64,000 nucleotides of DNA. Origin: Mobula hypostoma. Lineage: Eukaryota. The position numbers were made by a program, and so were the translations under genes. The notes below the pieces were generated by a model that had not been told where the DNA came from, ran no database searches, and worked only from the letters and a program-made list of their open reading frames with translations. This document shows, in pieces, positions 23,821 through 35,750 of the stretch. The stretch covers positions 25,918,001 to 25,982,000 of the forward strand of contig NC_086109.1 in the NCBI RefSeq assembly GCF_963921235.1. Direction: 5' to 3'. The number at the start of each line of letters is the position of its first letter. Positions within the stretch are counted from its first letter, which is position 1.

Positions 23821-25231
23821 TGATTGGTAAGTGAATCAAAGATGATGGGTGCATGACAGTGAACAGGTTACAGGAAATAAGTAAAGAGATGTGATTGATG
23901 AGGTTGCTCTGAGAGTCTAGACAAATATGAGAACACTGATCATCATACCTGAACCTTAAACATCTTCTCGTCACGTCATGAAAAATCCTAGCCCAACCCT
24001 TCTCCTTAACAGCCTGATTTCATTGCTCTACTAATCCAAACACTCTTTTCCCCACTTCTGGCCCAATCATCCTTCTCTACTGAGCTTGACCCATAGCCCC
24101 TCCCTACTAATCCTGTCCTGACCTGACCTTCTATCTATGATCCTGATACAATCTCTGCAAATATCATTTTGCATAAATACCCCTATTGAACCACACAATC
24201 TCCCCCCCCCCACCAAACTAATGATGTATGCACCAGGATGTTTGCAAAGGAAAATTCTTTGTTTGCCATTGATGAACCAATAGACTCTCTCATCTAAGTA
24301 AGTTTCTAGTCAAGAGGAGTACCAAAGGTAACGAGAGTATTTGATAACATTCCTAGTGCAAAAGGAATCATTGGAAAGCATGATGAACATTTAATTGTTT
24401 GCCATCACAAACCTTGTTTGGACCTAATTATCTTTGAAAAATGATTTGATTTGTTTAGCATGTGTCATAATTAATACATAAGTCAACCAGCACCCATAGC
24501 AAGGATTAGATACACCAGGTATTGTGATCAGTTGCAATTTATGGGGCAGTTTGTGTTGCTGTAAATTTGGGGTTGTTAAAACATCACTTAGCCACATAAT
24601 TTTCAAAAAAGTTGCTGCGTTTTACGTTAATTGCCTATGAAACTTACCACAGATAGCCAAGCCTAGAAATTATTAGCATGTATCCTTTCAATATCATGAT
24701 AATTGTCAGAGAAATGATCATTCTCTCTTGCCAGAAAATAATTAATTATTAAGTCTCACTCATTCAGGTTATGAATTGTTTCAGGAGACTTTACAAATTC
24801 TTACATGGTTTTCCTAACTGTCTTTTTCCACAGTCCTAACTGAATCTTTCTTTCTTTATCCATTTTTCATTTCCGACTAAATTTGGCACTGAATTTATTC
24901 GTACGAATAGAAGCTCCTTTCTAAACCAGCCTCTGAGTATTTTTTGGTTACAGAGATGCACTTCATTTCACCAACATTCCAGGGACAATGCAGGTTTCCC
25001 TCGCCATCCGAAGGTAGAGTATTCTTGTGAAACGGTTAGTAAGCCGAAATGTCGTAAAACAAAGAAGCAATTACCATTTATTTATATGGGAAAAATTTGT
25101 GAGCATTGGCAGACCCAAAAGTAATCTACCAAATCATGCCAAATAACACATAAAACCTAAAATAACAGTAACATATAGTAAAAGCAGGAATAGTATGATA
25201 AATACACAGCCTATATAAATTAGAAATGCTT

Positions 25232-27180
25232 AGAAACCATAGAAACCATAGAAACTACAGCACAGAAACAGGCCTTTTGGCCCTTCTTGGCTGTGCCGAA
25301 CCATTTTCTGCCTAGTCCCACTGACCTGCACACGGACCATATCCCTCCATACACCTCCCATCCATGTATCTGTCCAATTTATTCTTAAATGTTAAAAAAG
25401 AACCTGCATTTATCACCTCGTCTGGCAGCTCATTCCATACTCCCACCACTCTCTGTGTGAAGAAGCCCCCCACCAATGTTCCCTTTAAACTTTTCCCCCC
25501 TCACCCTTAACCCACGTTCTCTGGTTTATTTCTCCCCTTGCCTCAGTGGAAAAAGCCTGCTTGGATTCACTCTATCTATACCCATCATAATTTTATATAC
25601 CTCTATCAAATCTCCTCTCATTCTTCTACGCTCCAGGGAATAAAGTCCTAACCTATTCAACCTTTCTCCATAACTGAGTTTCTCAAGTCCTGGCAACATC
25701 CTTGTAAACCTTCTCTGCACTCTTTCAACCTTATTAATATCCTTCCTGTAATTTGGTGACTAAAACTGAACACAATACTCCAGATTCGGTCTCACCAATG
25801 CCTTATACAACCTCATCATAATATTCCTGCTCTTATACTCAATACTTTGATTAATAAAGGCCAATGTACCAAAAGTTCTCTTTACGACCCTATCTACCTG
25901 TGACGCCACTTTTAGGGAATTTTGTATCTGTATTCCCAGATCCCTCTGTTCCACTGCACTCCTCAGTGCCTTACCATTAACCCTATATGTTCTACCTTGG
26001 TTTGTCCTTCCAACGTGCAATACCTCACACTTGTCTGTATTAAACTCCATCTGTCATTTTTCAGCCCATTTTTCCAGCTGGTCCAAGTCCCTCTGCAGGC
26101 TCTGAAAACCTTCCTCACTGTCTACTACACCTCCAATCTTTGTATCATCAGCAAATTTGCTGATCCAATTTACCATATTGTCATCCAGATCATTGATATA
26201 GATGACAAATAACAATGGACCCAGCACTGATCCCTGTGGCACATCACTAGTCACAGGCCTCCACTTGGAGAAGCAATTCTCTACTACCACTCTTTGGCTT
26301 CTTCCATTGAGCCAATGTCTAATCCAATTTACCAGCTCTCCATGTATACCTAGTGACTGAATTTTCCTAACTAACCTCCCATGTGGGACCTTGTCAAAGG
26401 CCTTACTGAAGTCCATTTAGACAATATCCACTGCCTTCCCTTCATCCATTTTCCTGGTAACCTCCTCGAAAAACTCCAATAGATTGGTCAAACATGACCT
26501 ACCACACACAAAGCCATGTTGACTCTCCCTAATAAGTCCCTGTCTATCCAAATGCTTGTAGATTCTGTCTCTTAGTACTCCCTCCAATAACTTACCTACT
26601 ACCGACGTTAAACTTACTGGCGTATAATTTCCCGGATTACTTTTCGATCCTTTTTTAAACAACGGAACAACATGAGCCACTCTCCAATCCTCCGGCCCCT
26701 CACCTGTAGACAGCGAGATTTTAAATATTTCTGCCAGGGACCCTGCAATTTCAACACTAGTCTCCTTCAAGGTCTGAGGAAACACCCTGTCAGGTCCCGG
26801 GGATTTATCCACTTTAATTTTCCTCAAGACAGCAAGGACCTCCTCCTTTTCAATCTGTACGGTTTCTATGATCTCACTACTTGTTTCCCTTAATTCCATA
26901 GACTTCATGCCAGTTTCCTTAGTAAATACAAACGCAAAAAACCTATTTAAGATCTCCGCCATTTCCTTTGGTTCCGCACATGGCCAACCACTCTGATCTT
27001 CAAGAGGACCAATTTTATCCCTTACAATCCTTTTGCTCTTAATATACCTGTAAAAACTCTTTGGATTAGCCTTCACTTTGACTGCCAAGGCAACCTCATG
27101 TCTTCTTTTAGCCCTCCTGATTTCTTTCTTAAGTATTTTCTTGCACTTCTTATACTCCTCAAGCACTTTATTTACTCTAT
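25232..27180 (-). mobile_element. 5'-truncated CR1 LINE, close sister of the 8004-12890 copy
   Basis: ORFs 26417-27229, 26054-26416, 25760-26050, 25526-25720 form one RT frame with point stops; same 3' tail. Confidence 0.92.
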
Positions 27181-27351
27181 ACTTCTCTACAACAATTGCC
27201 TGCACTGTTCTCCGTAGCAAAAATCTCACACAAGTGCTCTTGGCAAAACACTCTCTCCAGTAACCTTTAAGCTATGAAGCTGCCAAATCATACCAAGTAA
27301 CACATAAAAATACACAGCCTATATAAAGTAGAAATAATGTATGTACAGTGT

Positions 27352-27500
27352 AAACAACAGGAATTCTGCAGATGCTGGAAATTCAAGCAACACACATCAA
27401 AGTTGCTGGTGAACGCAGCAGGGGGTCTCGGCCTGAAACGTCGACTGCGTCTCTTCCTATAGATGCTGCCTGGCCTGCTGCGTTCACCAGCAACTTTGAT
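27352..27500. mobile_element. Miniature Penelope fold-back insertion (~150 bp)
   Basis: Tail AAACAACAGGAATTCTGCAG..., 27-bp arms 27396-27422 and 27474-27500, half hammerhead between them; duplication TATGTACAGTGTAA at 27340-27353 and 27500-27513. Confidence 0.88.
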
Positions 27501-27525
27501 ATGTACAGTGTAATATCACTTACTG

Positions 27526-28750
27526 CAGGGGTCCCCAACCTTTCTTGCACTGCGGACTGGTATAATATTGACAATATTCTTGCGGACCGGCCGACCCCGG
27601 GGGTGGGGGGGTGGGGGGGTGGGTAAGGTTGCCAACAGACAAGAGTAGCAGTCAGATACGTTGAGCTTCCCCCGAGAAAGACTACCATGACCATGAAGCC
27701 TTTCGCGGGCACCAGTGCACATGCGTGACTTGCGCTTGCATGTACGTGCCGATTTTTTCTACATATCATTTTTGGTGATTCTGTCCAGGCGGGGGAGGTG
27801 TTAATCACGACCGGAATATAGGTGATAAGTGGCTAATACACTCAATTTCTCAATTTCGTTTCTAAGAGAGATTATCTAATGAATTTAATATTAAACACAC
27901 AGTGCATATTTTCCTCGCATGAATACAGTGATAAGTCAGTTATCAGGGGAGGACAGGGGAGCTTGAAGTAAGTGTTGAACGAACTTCCAGAAGAAGTGGT
28001 AGAGGCAGGTTCGATATTATCATTTAAAGTATAACTGGATAGGTATATGGACAGGAAAGGAATGGAGGGTTATGGGCTGAGTGCAGGTCGGTGGGATTAG
28101 GTGAGAGTAGCGTTCAGCATGGACTAGAAGAACCGACATCACCTGTTTCTGTGCTGTAATTGTTATATGGTTATATAAGTCACTTATAAGTCAATAGCAT
28201 CATAACATTTTAAGTAACGTTTGCATATTAAACACTCAGGACATATTTTCCCTGTATGAACATATAAAATCATTGCAACACACCAATATCGCTGAATCAG
28301 TGGGAGCCCTGGGCTTGTTTCCCTGCAACAAGACGGTCCCATCGAGGGGTGATGGGAGACAGCGATACTCGAAAGGGGGTTCCTTATGTCCAGTCTATTC
28401 CACAATTTAGTTTTCGTTGCATCATTGCAGAGATATGTTAGAAATGGAAGCAATGTTTTCAGTGCTTTCGTGGCTATCTCAGGATATTTAGCCTTGACTT
28501 TGATCCAGAATGCCGGCAGAGATGTTATGCCAAACATACTTTTCAGCCCGTCTCATTTGCAAGCTCAAGGAGTTGATCTCCTTCCCGCACTGACATGGAT
28601 GATGCACGGGTAATGACCTCACGTGCGTAATGACCTCGCGTGCGTTCAAGTTCAACAGAGCATGACGGAGTGAGGAAAGGTGCAGCTGACTCATGCTGCC
28701 AAATCATATTGTTTCCTAGCGGTCCACGGCCCGGTGGTTGGGGACCACTG
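27526..28750 (-). mobile_element. Non-autonomous hAT (Charlie/Buster-like) transposon with transposase C-terminal remnant
   Basis: TIRs CAGGGGTCCCCAACC / GGTTGGGGACCACTG; 8-bp TSD ACTTACTG (27518-27525, 28751-28758); LPAFWIKVKAKYPEIATKALKTLLPF..TYLC..TKTKLWNRLD dimerisation domain; CR1 3' piece inside at ~27985-28175. Confidence 0.9.
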
Positions 28751-28829
28751 ACTTACTGGAATTAGGAAGTCAGCGTCGAGCACACTGATGATGGTGTGTT
28801 AGGCTGAGTCGTCAGAGGTTGGAGTGGTG

Positions 28830-29192
28830 CAGTGACCCCCACCCTCTGGTCAGCGACCCAATACCCATCCGCAAAGCATCCAGGGGTACAGCGGTAGCCG
28901 GGACTCATCCAGCACATCTTTAAGAAAAAAGCTGAAATAAACAAGCTAATTAATTAGATGCCGCCCGGCACGTAAATGTCGGCCCAGATCAGAGGCAATT
29001 GCCGATTATATAGAGCAAGTGAAATCGGGCAATTGCTTCTGATCTGGGCCGTCATTTACGTACCAGGCGGCACCTAATTAATTAGCTTGTTTATTTTGGC
29101 TTTTTTCTTAAAGATGTGCTGGGTGCTTCCCGGCTACCGCTGCATTCTCCGCGAATCGGTATCTGTCCGGGGCCCGGGGGTTGGGACCACTG
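28830..29192. mobile_element. Palindromic hAT-like MITE
   Basis: CAGTGACCCCCACC / GGTTGGGACCACTG termini; internal imperfect ~125-bp inverted arms (~28878-29007, ~29023-29142). Confidence 0.65.
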
Positions 29193-30597
29193 GGGTGTCA
29201 TCTCATCATCGATCAGGGCAGGCAGGTAATCTTCCTCTATGTCTGCCTGCCTCGATGTCGAAGGTCGAGGTTCGGCGTCTGCTGTGGCTGATGTGGAAGG
29301 CTGAAAAACGACAGTATGTTTGACTGCTAGCCTCGCGCATTTTCTACCATACAGTTCTTTGTAAACCATCTTGCAAATATGCCTTAAACTGATGTACCCT
29401 TTCAAAATTAAAGTCGTACTTTATCATCTATCAGTTCTTGGTCATAGGATGCCAAAACCTCTTCAACATCATCTTCGCCACCTTCCACAAGCCAGACTCA
29501 CTTTGTCCTTACTTCGTTCACCACGATCGAAATGCTTAATTATGTCTAGTTTTACGCTAAGTGCAACACCCTTACGAGTTCTTTTAGGCTTTTCTGATAC
29601 CTTAGAACTCATCTTGCAAACGGCTGCTCACAAGCACGTGTTTAAGCAATGCCAGCGAGAATACAGTTCCGAATCCGGGGAGTACGGCTGCTTGGGGCAC
29701 GTGCTGCCTTTTATTGCGCGCTGCTTTTTTCGTAACAGTGAAAACACCTTCTGTTAGCGAAAACAGGTAACTAGTGTAGGTCTTTCGTAACAGTGAGGTT
29801 TCGTAAAGCGAACGTTCGAAAAGCGGGGGGACACCTGCTACCTTTCTGGCATCATTAATTACCATTTCCTGCAAATTTCAGAATCTTAGGCTTAATACCA
29901 CTGACGTTTATCACGAAATTTGTTGTTTTGCAGCAGCAGTACAGTGCAATACATAGAAAATACTATAAATGACAATATATATAAATAATTAAATTAAATA
30001 AGTAGTGAAAAAATAGGGAGATATTGTTCATGGGTTCATTGTCTGTTCAGAAATCTGATGGTGGAGAGGAAGAAGCTGTTCCTAAAATACTGAGTGTGTG
30101 TCTTCAACCTCCTGTATCTCCTCTCTGATGATAGTAAGAATTAAAGAGCAAAAACTAAATATCATAAACATAAAACTGACTGAGCAAGCTCCTCTTCCAC
30201 AAGGTCTAGTCTTGTATTTCATCTGGAGTCATAGAAAGAAAACGACGACCTTGGCTATCTGGGAATGAACGGGTTATCATATAAGGAAGGTTTGATGGTT
30301 CTGGGTCTACACTCACTAGAATTTAGATAATGAGGGGGATCTCATTGAAAACTTTCAAATGTTGAAAGGCCTAGACATAAAGTAGATGTGGAAAGAATGT
30401 TTCCCATGATGGGGGGATTTAGAACAAGAAGGCACTGCCTCAGAATAGAGGGGCATCCATATAAAACAGAGATGTGGGGAAATTTCTTTAGTCAGAGTGG
30501 CGAATTTGTGGAAGTTGTTACCACAGGCAGCTGTGGAGGCCAGGTTATTGGGTGTATTTAAGGCAGAGATTGATAGGTTCTTGATTGGACATGGTAT

Positions 30598-31913
30598 AGA
30601 AACATAGAAACATAGAAAATAGGTGCAGGAGTAGGCCATTCGGCCCTTCGAGCCTGCACCGCCATTTATTATGATCATGGCTGATCATCCAACTCAGAAC
30701 CCTGCCTTCCCTCCATACCCCCTGACCCCTGTAGCCACAAGGGCCATATCTAACTTCCTTTTAAACATAGCTAATGAACTGGCCTCAACAGTTTGCTGTG
30801 GCAGAGAATTCCACAGATTCACCACTCTCTGTGTGAAGAAGTTTTTCCTAACCTCGGTCCTAAAAGGCTTCCCCTCTATCCTCAAACTGTGACCCCTCGT
30901 TCTAGACCTCCCCAACATCGGGAACAATCTTCCCGCATCTAGCCTGTCCAATCCCTTTAGGATCTTATACGTTTCAATCAGATCCCCCCTCAATCTTCTA
31001 AATTCCAACGAGTACAAGCCCAGTTCATCCAGTCTTTCTTCATATGAAAGACCTGCCATCCCAGGAATCAATCTGGTGAACCTTCTTTGTACTCCCTCTA
31101 TGGCAAGGATGTCTTTCCTCAGATTAGGGGACCAAAACTGCACACAATACTCCAGGTGTGGTCTCACCAAGGCCTTGTACAACTGCAGTAGTACCTCCCT
31201 GCTCCTGTATTCGAATCCTCTCGCTATAAATGCCAGCATACCATTCGCCTTTTTCACCGCCTGCTGTACCTGCATGCCCACTTTCAATGACTGGTGTATA
31301 ATGACACCCAGGTCTCGTTGCACCTCCCCTTTTCCTAATCAGCCACCATTCAGATAATAATCTGTTTTCCTATTTTTGCCACCAAAATGGATAACTTCAC
31401 ATTTATCCACATTAAATTGCATCTGCCATGAGTTTGCCCACTCACCCAACCTATCCAAGTCACCCTGCATCCTCTTAGCATCCTCCTCACTGCTAACACT
31501 GCCACCCAGCTTTGTGTCATCCGCAAACTTGGAGATGCTGCATTTAATTCCCTCATCCAAGTCATTAATATATATTGTAAACAACTGGGGTCCCAGCACT
31601 GAGCCTTGCGGTACCCCACTAGTCACCGCCTGCCATTCTGAAAAGGTCCCGTTTATTCCCACTCTTTGCTTCCTGTCTGCCAACCAATTCTCTATCCACA
31701 TCAATACCTTACCCCCAATACCGTGTGCTTTAAGTTTGCACACTAATCTCCTGTGTGGGACCTTGTCAAAAGCCTTTTGAAAATCCAAATATACCACATC
31801 CACTGGTTCTCCCCTATCCACTCTACTAGTTACATCCTCAAAAAATTCTATGAGATTCGTCAGACATGATTTTCCTTTCACAAATCCATGCTGACTTTGT
31901 CCGATCATTTCAC
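30598..31913 (-). mobile_element. Young 5'-truncated CR1 LINE (different subfamily) inserted in an older + strand CR1 (~30255-30597, ~31914-32055)
   Basis: ORFs 31339-31908 and 30694-31323 give the RT and C-terminus with essentially one frameshift; (TTTCTATG)n tail. Confidence 0.92.
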
Positions 31914-33029
31914 CATATGAAAGGTTACAGGGAGAAGGCCGGGAACTCGGATTGCGGAGGAGGAAAAAAATGATCAGCCATCAATGAATGGCAGAGCAGA
32001 CTCCTTGGGCCAAATGTTCTAATTCTGCTCCTATGTCTTATGGTTTTACGGTCTAATCTGCTCTGATCATTAACCATTTCTTACCCAAGAAGCTGAAGGA
32101 GCTCAGCAAAACACGCAGCACCTGCAGAAGGAAATGAAGTGTTGATGTTTCAGATCAGAACCGTTCATTTGGACAAAGGCATCGACCCAAGTCCTTGGCT
32201 GTCCATTTCTCACCACTGATTCACTGAGTACCTCCAGCTTTGTGTGTGTTGCTGCAGTTTTCAGCAAATGCAGTCCCTTGTGTCTCCACTTTATTTAAAA
32301 CTCATCTCACAGTTAAATGTTAATCAACACCTTAAATGTAACTGAATATTGTCTGCCAACCTATGCAGTATGATTAAATCACAAATGATCACTTAATTAA
32401 ACCTCCTTGGTACTCAAGAAAAAACAAAGGCATCCTTAAAAAAGCATTTTGGATCAACAGCGACTTCCTTACCCAAAACTGGATGATTGCTGTCATCTTC
32501 AATACAATGCATATTATTATAAGAATCTGTAAGGAACAAGCATTTGAACAATTTACTAATGAGAAAGAAGAGAATGCTTTGTAATTATTCTGAATGAAAC
32601 CTAATGTGGTTAGAGAGAATTGTTTTTAAAAGAAACAAAATGCTTACCATTAATATCTCACAAGTTCCATTCAGAGTATATGATCTGTACAGCCCACACA
32701 ATTTCAAATTACTTGGCTGAAACATTTTAGAAAATCTCAGGAGATTCTTGTATCTGTCAGTGATTTCAAAAAGGCCAGATTTATGAAGCACCTTTTACAC
32801 CTCATTTGGGATCTTTCAGAGTGCCTCACAGTAAATTAAGTCATTTTATTAAGTGTGGTAGTATAGGAAATGTGGCAAGCCATCTACTCACAATAACCTC
32901 CCACAGTTTCCAAGGTAAACCTTAATTTAGATAAAAGCCTTTAAAATTATGTATCAGGTTTACGATTAAATCTCTCAATTGCATCTTCCATTCAACCATC
33001 AAATCTAAACTCTAAGGGCAAGACTGTGG

Positions 33030-33760
33030 AGAACAAGTGTTGCTGAGCAGCGAGAACTTGGGGTCCAAGGTCATAGCTCCATGAAAGTGGCTACACAGGT
33101 TGATAGGGTGGTTATGAAGATTTATGGAATGCTTGGTTTTAATTAGTCAAGGCAATGAGTTTAATAGTCAAGAGAATATGTTGCAACTTTTTAGAACTCT
33201 GGTTAGGCCACATCTGGAGCATTGCATAAAATTCTGGAAGGATGTTGTGCTTTGGAAAAGATGCAGAAGAGATTTACCAGGACACTGCCTGGTTTAGAGG
33301 GCATGTGCTATCATGAGAGGCCGGCAAACTTCAGTTGTTTTCTTTGGAGTGATGGAGGCTGAGGGGAGATCTGATAGAGGTTTATAAGATTATGAGAGAC
33401 AGAGATGGAGGAAACAGGATGTATCTTTTTCCCAGGGTAGAAATGTCCAATACCAGAGGGCATACGTTGATGGTGGGGGGGGGGTGGTTAGGTTCAAAGG
33501 GGAATGTGACGGGTAAGTTTTTTACTCAGAGACTGGTGGATGCCTGGAATGCGCTGCCTGGTATAGTGGGAGAGGCAAATATATTAGAGGCCTTTAAAAG
33601 ACATCTGGATAAGCACATGAATATGAGGAGGATGGAGGGGCATAGATGTTGTGCAGGTAGGAGTGACTAGTTTTCATGGGTTTTTTAAACTTACTTTTTA
33701 GCTGGTTTGGCACAACATTGTGGGCCAAAGCATCTGTTCCTGTGCTGTACTGCTCTATGT
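33030..33760 (+). mobile_element. Old CR1 3' fragment
   Basis: YLFPRVEMSNTRGH...FFTQRLVDAWNALP...FKRHLD; CR1 3' UTR. Confidence 0.8.
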
Positions 33761-33857
33761 TCAGGCAATCTTCTAGCCAAACAACTGACACACAAAAACA
33801 CTGACACACAATTCTTATAGCTTCACATCCTCCATTTTACTGACATCTATACAATGA

Positions 33858-34412
33858 TACACTCAGTGGCAGATTTTAGGTTCACCTGTACACCTGCATG
33901 ATAATGCAAATATCTCATCAGCCAGTCATGTGGCAACAATTCAATGCATCGAAGCATGTAGACATGGTCAAGAGGTTCACTTGTTGCTCAGACCAAACAT
34001 CAGAATGAGGAAGAAATGTAATCTCAGTGACCTTAACCATGGAATGATTATTGTGCCAGACAGGGTGGTTTGAGTATCTCAGAAACTGCTAATCTACTGG
34101 GATTTTCACACACAATAGTTTCTACAGAGAATGGTGCAAAAAAAAACCAAAACATCCAATGTGTGGCAATTCTGTGGGCAAAAATGCCTTCTTAATGGGA
34201 GAGGTCAGAGGAGAATGGCCAGACTAGTTCAACCTGACAGGAAAGCAACAGTAACTCAAATAACCACATATTACAACAGCGGTGTACAGAAGAGCACCTC
34301 TAGAATGCACAACACTTTGAACCTTGAAATGGATGGGCTACAGCAGCAGACAACTGCGAACATGCACTTGATATAAGTACCTCCTGTACCTAATAAAGTG
34401 GCTACTGAGTGC
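33858..34412 (+). mobile_element. Tc1/mariner-derived non-autonomous element
   Basis: TIRs TACACTCAGTGGC / GTGGCTACTGAGTGCA; transposase remnant RGQRRMARLVQPDRKATVTQITT. Confidence 0.8.
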
Positions 34413-34839
34413 ATCGCTTCACCTTCACTCTTAAAATTGTCAGCAGGCAGCTGCACCAGTGTGGCAACTGCAACATGGTCATACACTCGCAATGATGCCT
34501 CCAAAAATTGGTCGCTTTAAATTAAAATCAAAAACATCCACAAAGTGTAATTCTGAGATTTACATCTCGTGTCCATGTGCATCAATAATGACATTGTGAA
34601 GTGGTAAATGTTGGTCGCCAGGAAATATTGGGGCTATTGTTATAGATTTGCATTAACAACTTGTAATCAGTTTTTTAAGAAAAAGCAGCATCTGGAAAAA
34701 TTTGTACACATCACAAACTGTTAGGTGAGAAATTTTTTGGAATTGCATCAGCTTTGAGGTAAATTTCATGAGATGAGATACAGAATTGTAGGATTGAAAT
34801 TTAAATCAGTAAAAAAAAAGCATCCCGTCTGAGGAGAAC

Positions 34840-35750
34840 ATACTTTACTTTACTTTATTGTCGCCAAACAATTGATACTATAGCGTACAATCATCACAGC
34901 GATATTTGATCCTGCTCTTTGCGCTCCCTGAAGTACAAATCAATAGTAAGTAGTAAAGATTTAAATTATAAATCATAAATAGAAAATAGAAAAGGGAAAG
35001 TAAGGTAGTGCAAAAAAAACCGAGAGGCAGCTCTGGATATTTGGAGGGTAAGGCCCAGATCCAGGTTAGGATCCGTTCAGCAGTCTTATCACAGTTGGAA
35101 AGAAGCTGTTCCCAAATCTGGCCATACGAGTCTTCAAGCTCCTGAGCCTTCTCCCCGAGGGAAAAGGGACAAAGAAGTGTGTTGGCTGGGTGGGTCATGT
35201 CCTTGATTATCCTGGCAGCACTGCTCCGACAGCCTGCTGTGTAAAGTGAGTCCAAGGACAGAAGATTGGTTTGTGTGATGTGCTGGGCTGTGTTCACGAT
35301 CTTCTGCAGCTTCTTCCGGTCTTGGACAGGACAACTTCCATGTTGTGATGCACCCTAGAAGAATGCTTTCTACAGTGCTCTATAAAAATTAATGAGGGTT
35401 TTAGGGGACAGGCCAAATTTCTTTAGCTTTCTCAGGAAGTAAAGGTGCTGGTGGGCCTTCTTGGCAGTGGACTCTGCTTGGTTGGACCAAGTCAGGTCAT
35501 TTGTGATATTGACCCCGAGGAACTTAAAGCTTTTGACCTGTTCCACTTGCTCACCACCGATGTAAACAGGGCAATGCATTCCGCTACTCCTTCTGAAGTC
35601 AACAACAAATTCCTTCGTCTTGCTGATGTTGAGGGATAGGTTATTGTCTTCACACCATGCCACCAGGTTCTTAATTTCCTCTCTGTATTCAAACTCATCA
35701 TTACCCAAGATACAGCCTACAATTGTGGTATCATCTGCAAACTTATATAT
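34840..35750 (-). mobile_element. Rex1-type LINE 3' part
   Basis: KFADDTTIVG, LNISKTKEFVVDFR, KFLGVNIT; (AAAGT)n tail at ~34842-34856. Confidence 0.85.

Larger units (their letters stand above)
15620..24900 (-). pseudogene. Possible heavily decayed Toll-like-receptor-like (LRR-TM-TIR) pseudogene fragmented by TE insertions
   Basis: Manual minus-strand translation of non-repeat islands gives, in order: LRR-like pieces (VMANN*MFIMLSNDSF ~24400; ISFHNIQY..ENYFLQMP ~22850; MKLFELACNN ~22550; LRLFLGGCN ~22330; DITFSNKKKL/LLKLEESN ~19320), an LRR-CT-like LLIKDYPFS ~19180, a hydrophobic LTFILLLSL..NNLYYLF ~16800, TIR box1-like KYIFDSAF ~16710, FLEDLP ~15860 and box3-like NYL*IEARLHLLFW ~15680. Many stops and frameshifts. 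Confidence 0.35.
24991..29837 (-). mobile_element. Tigger/pogo-derived DNA transposon remnant hosting nested insertions
   Basis: Imperfect TIRs CAGGTTTCCCTCGC / GCGGGGGGACACCTG; minus-strand MSSKVSEKPKRTRKGVALSVKLDIIKHFDRGERSKD (psq/CENP-B-type HTH start) from ~29613. Confidence 0.7.
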
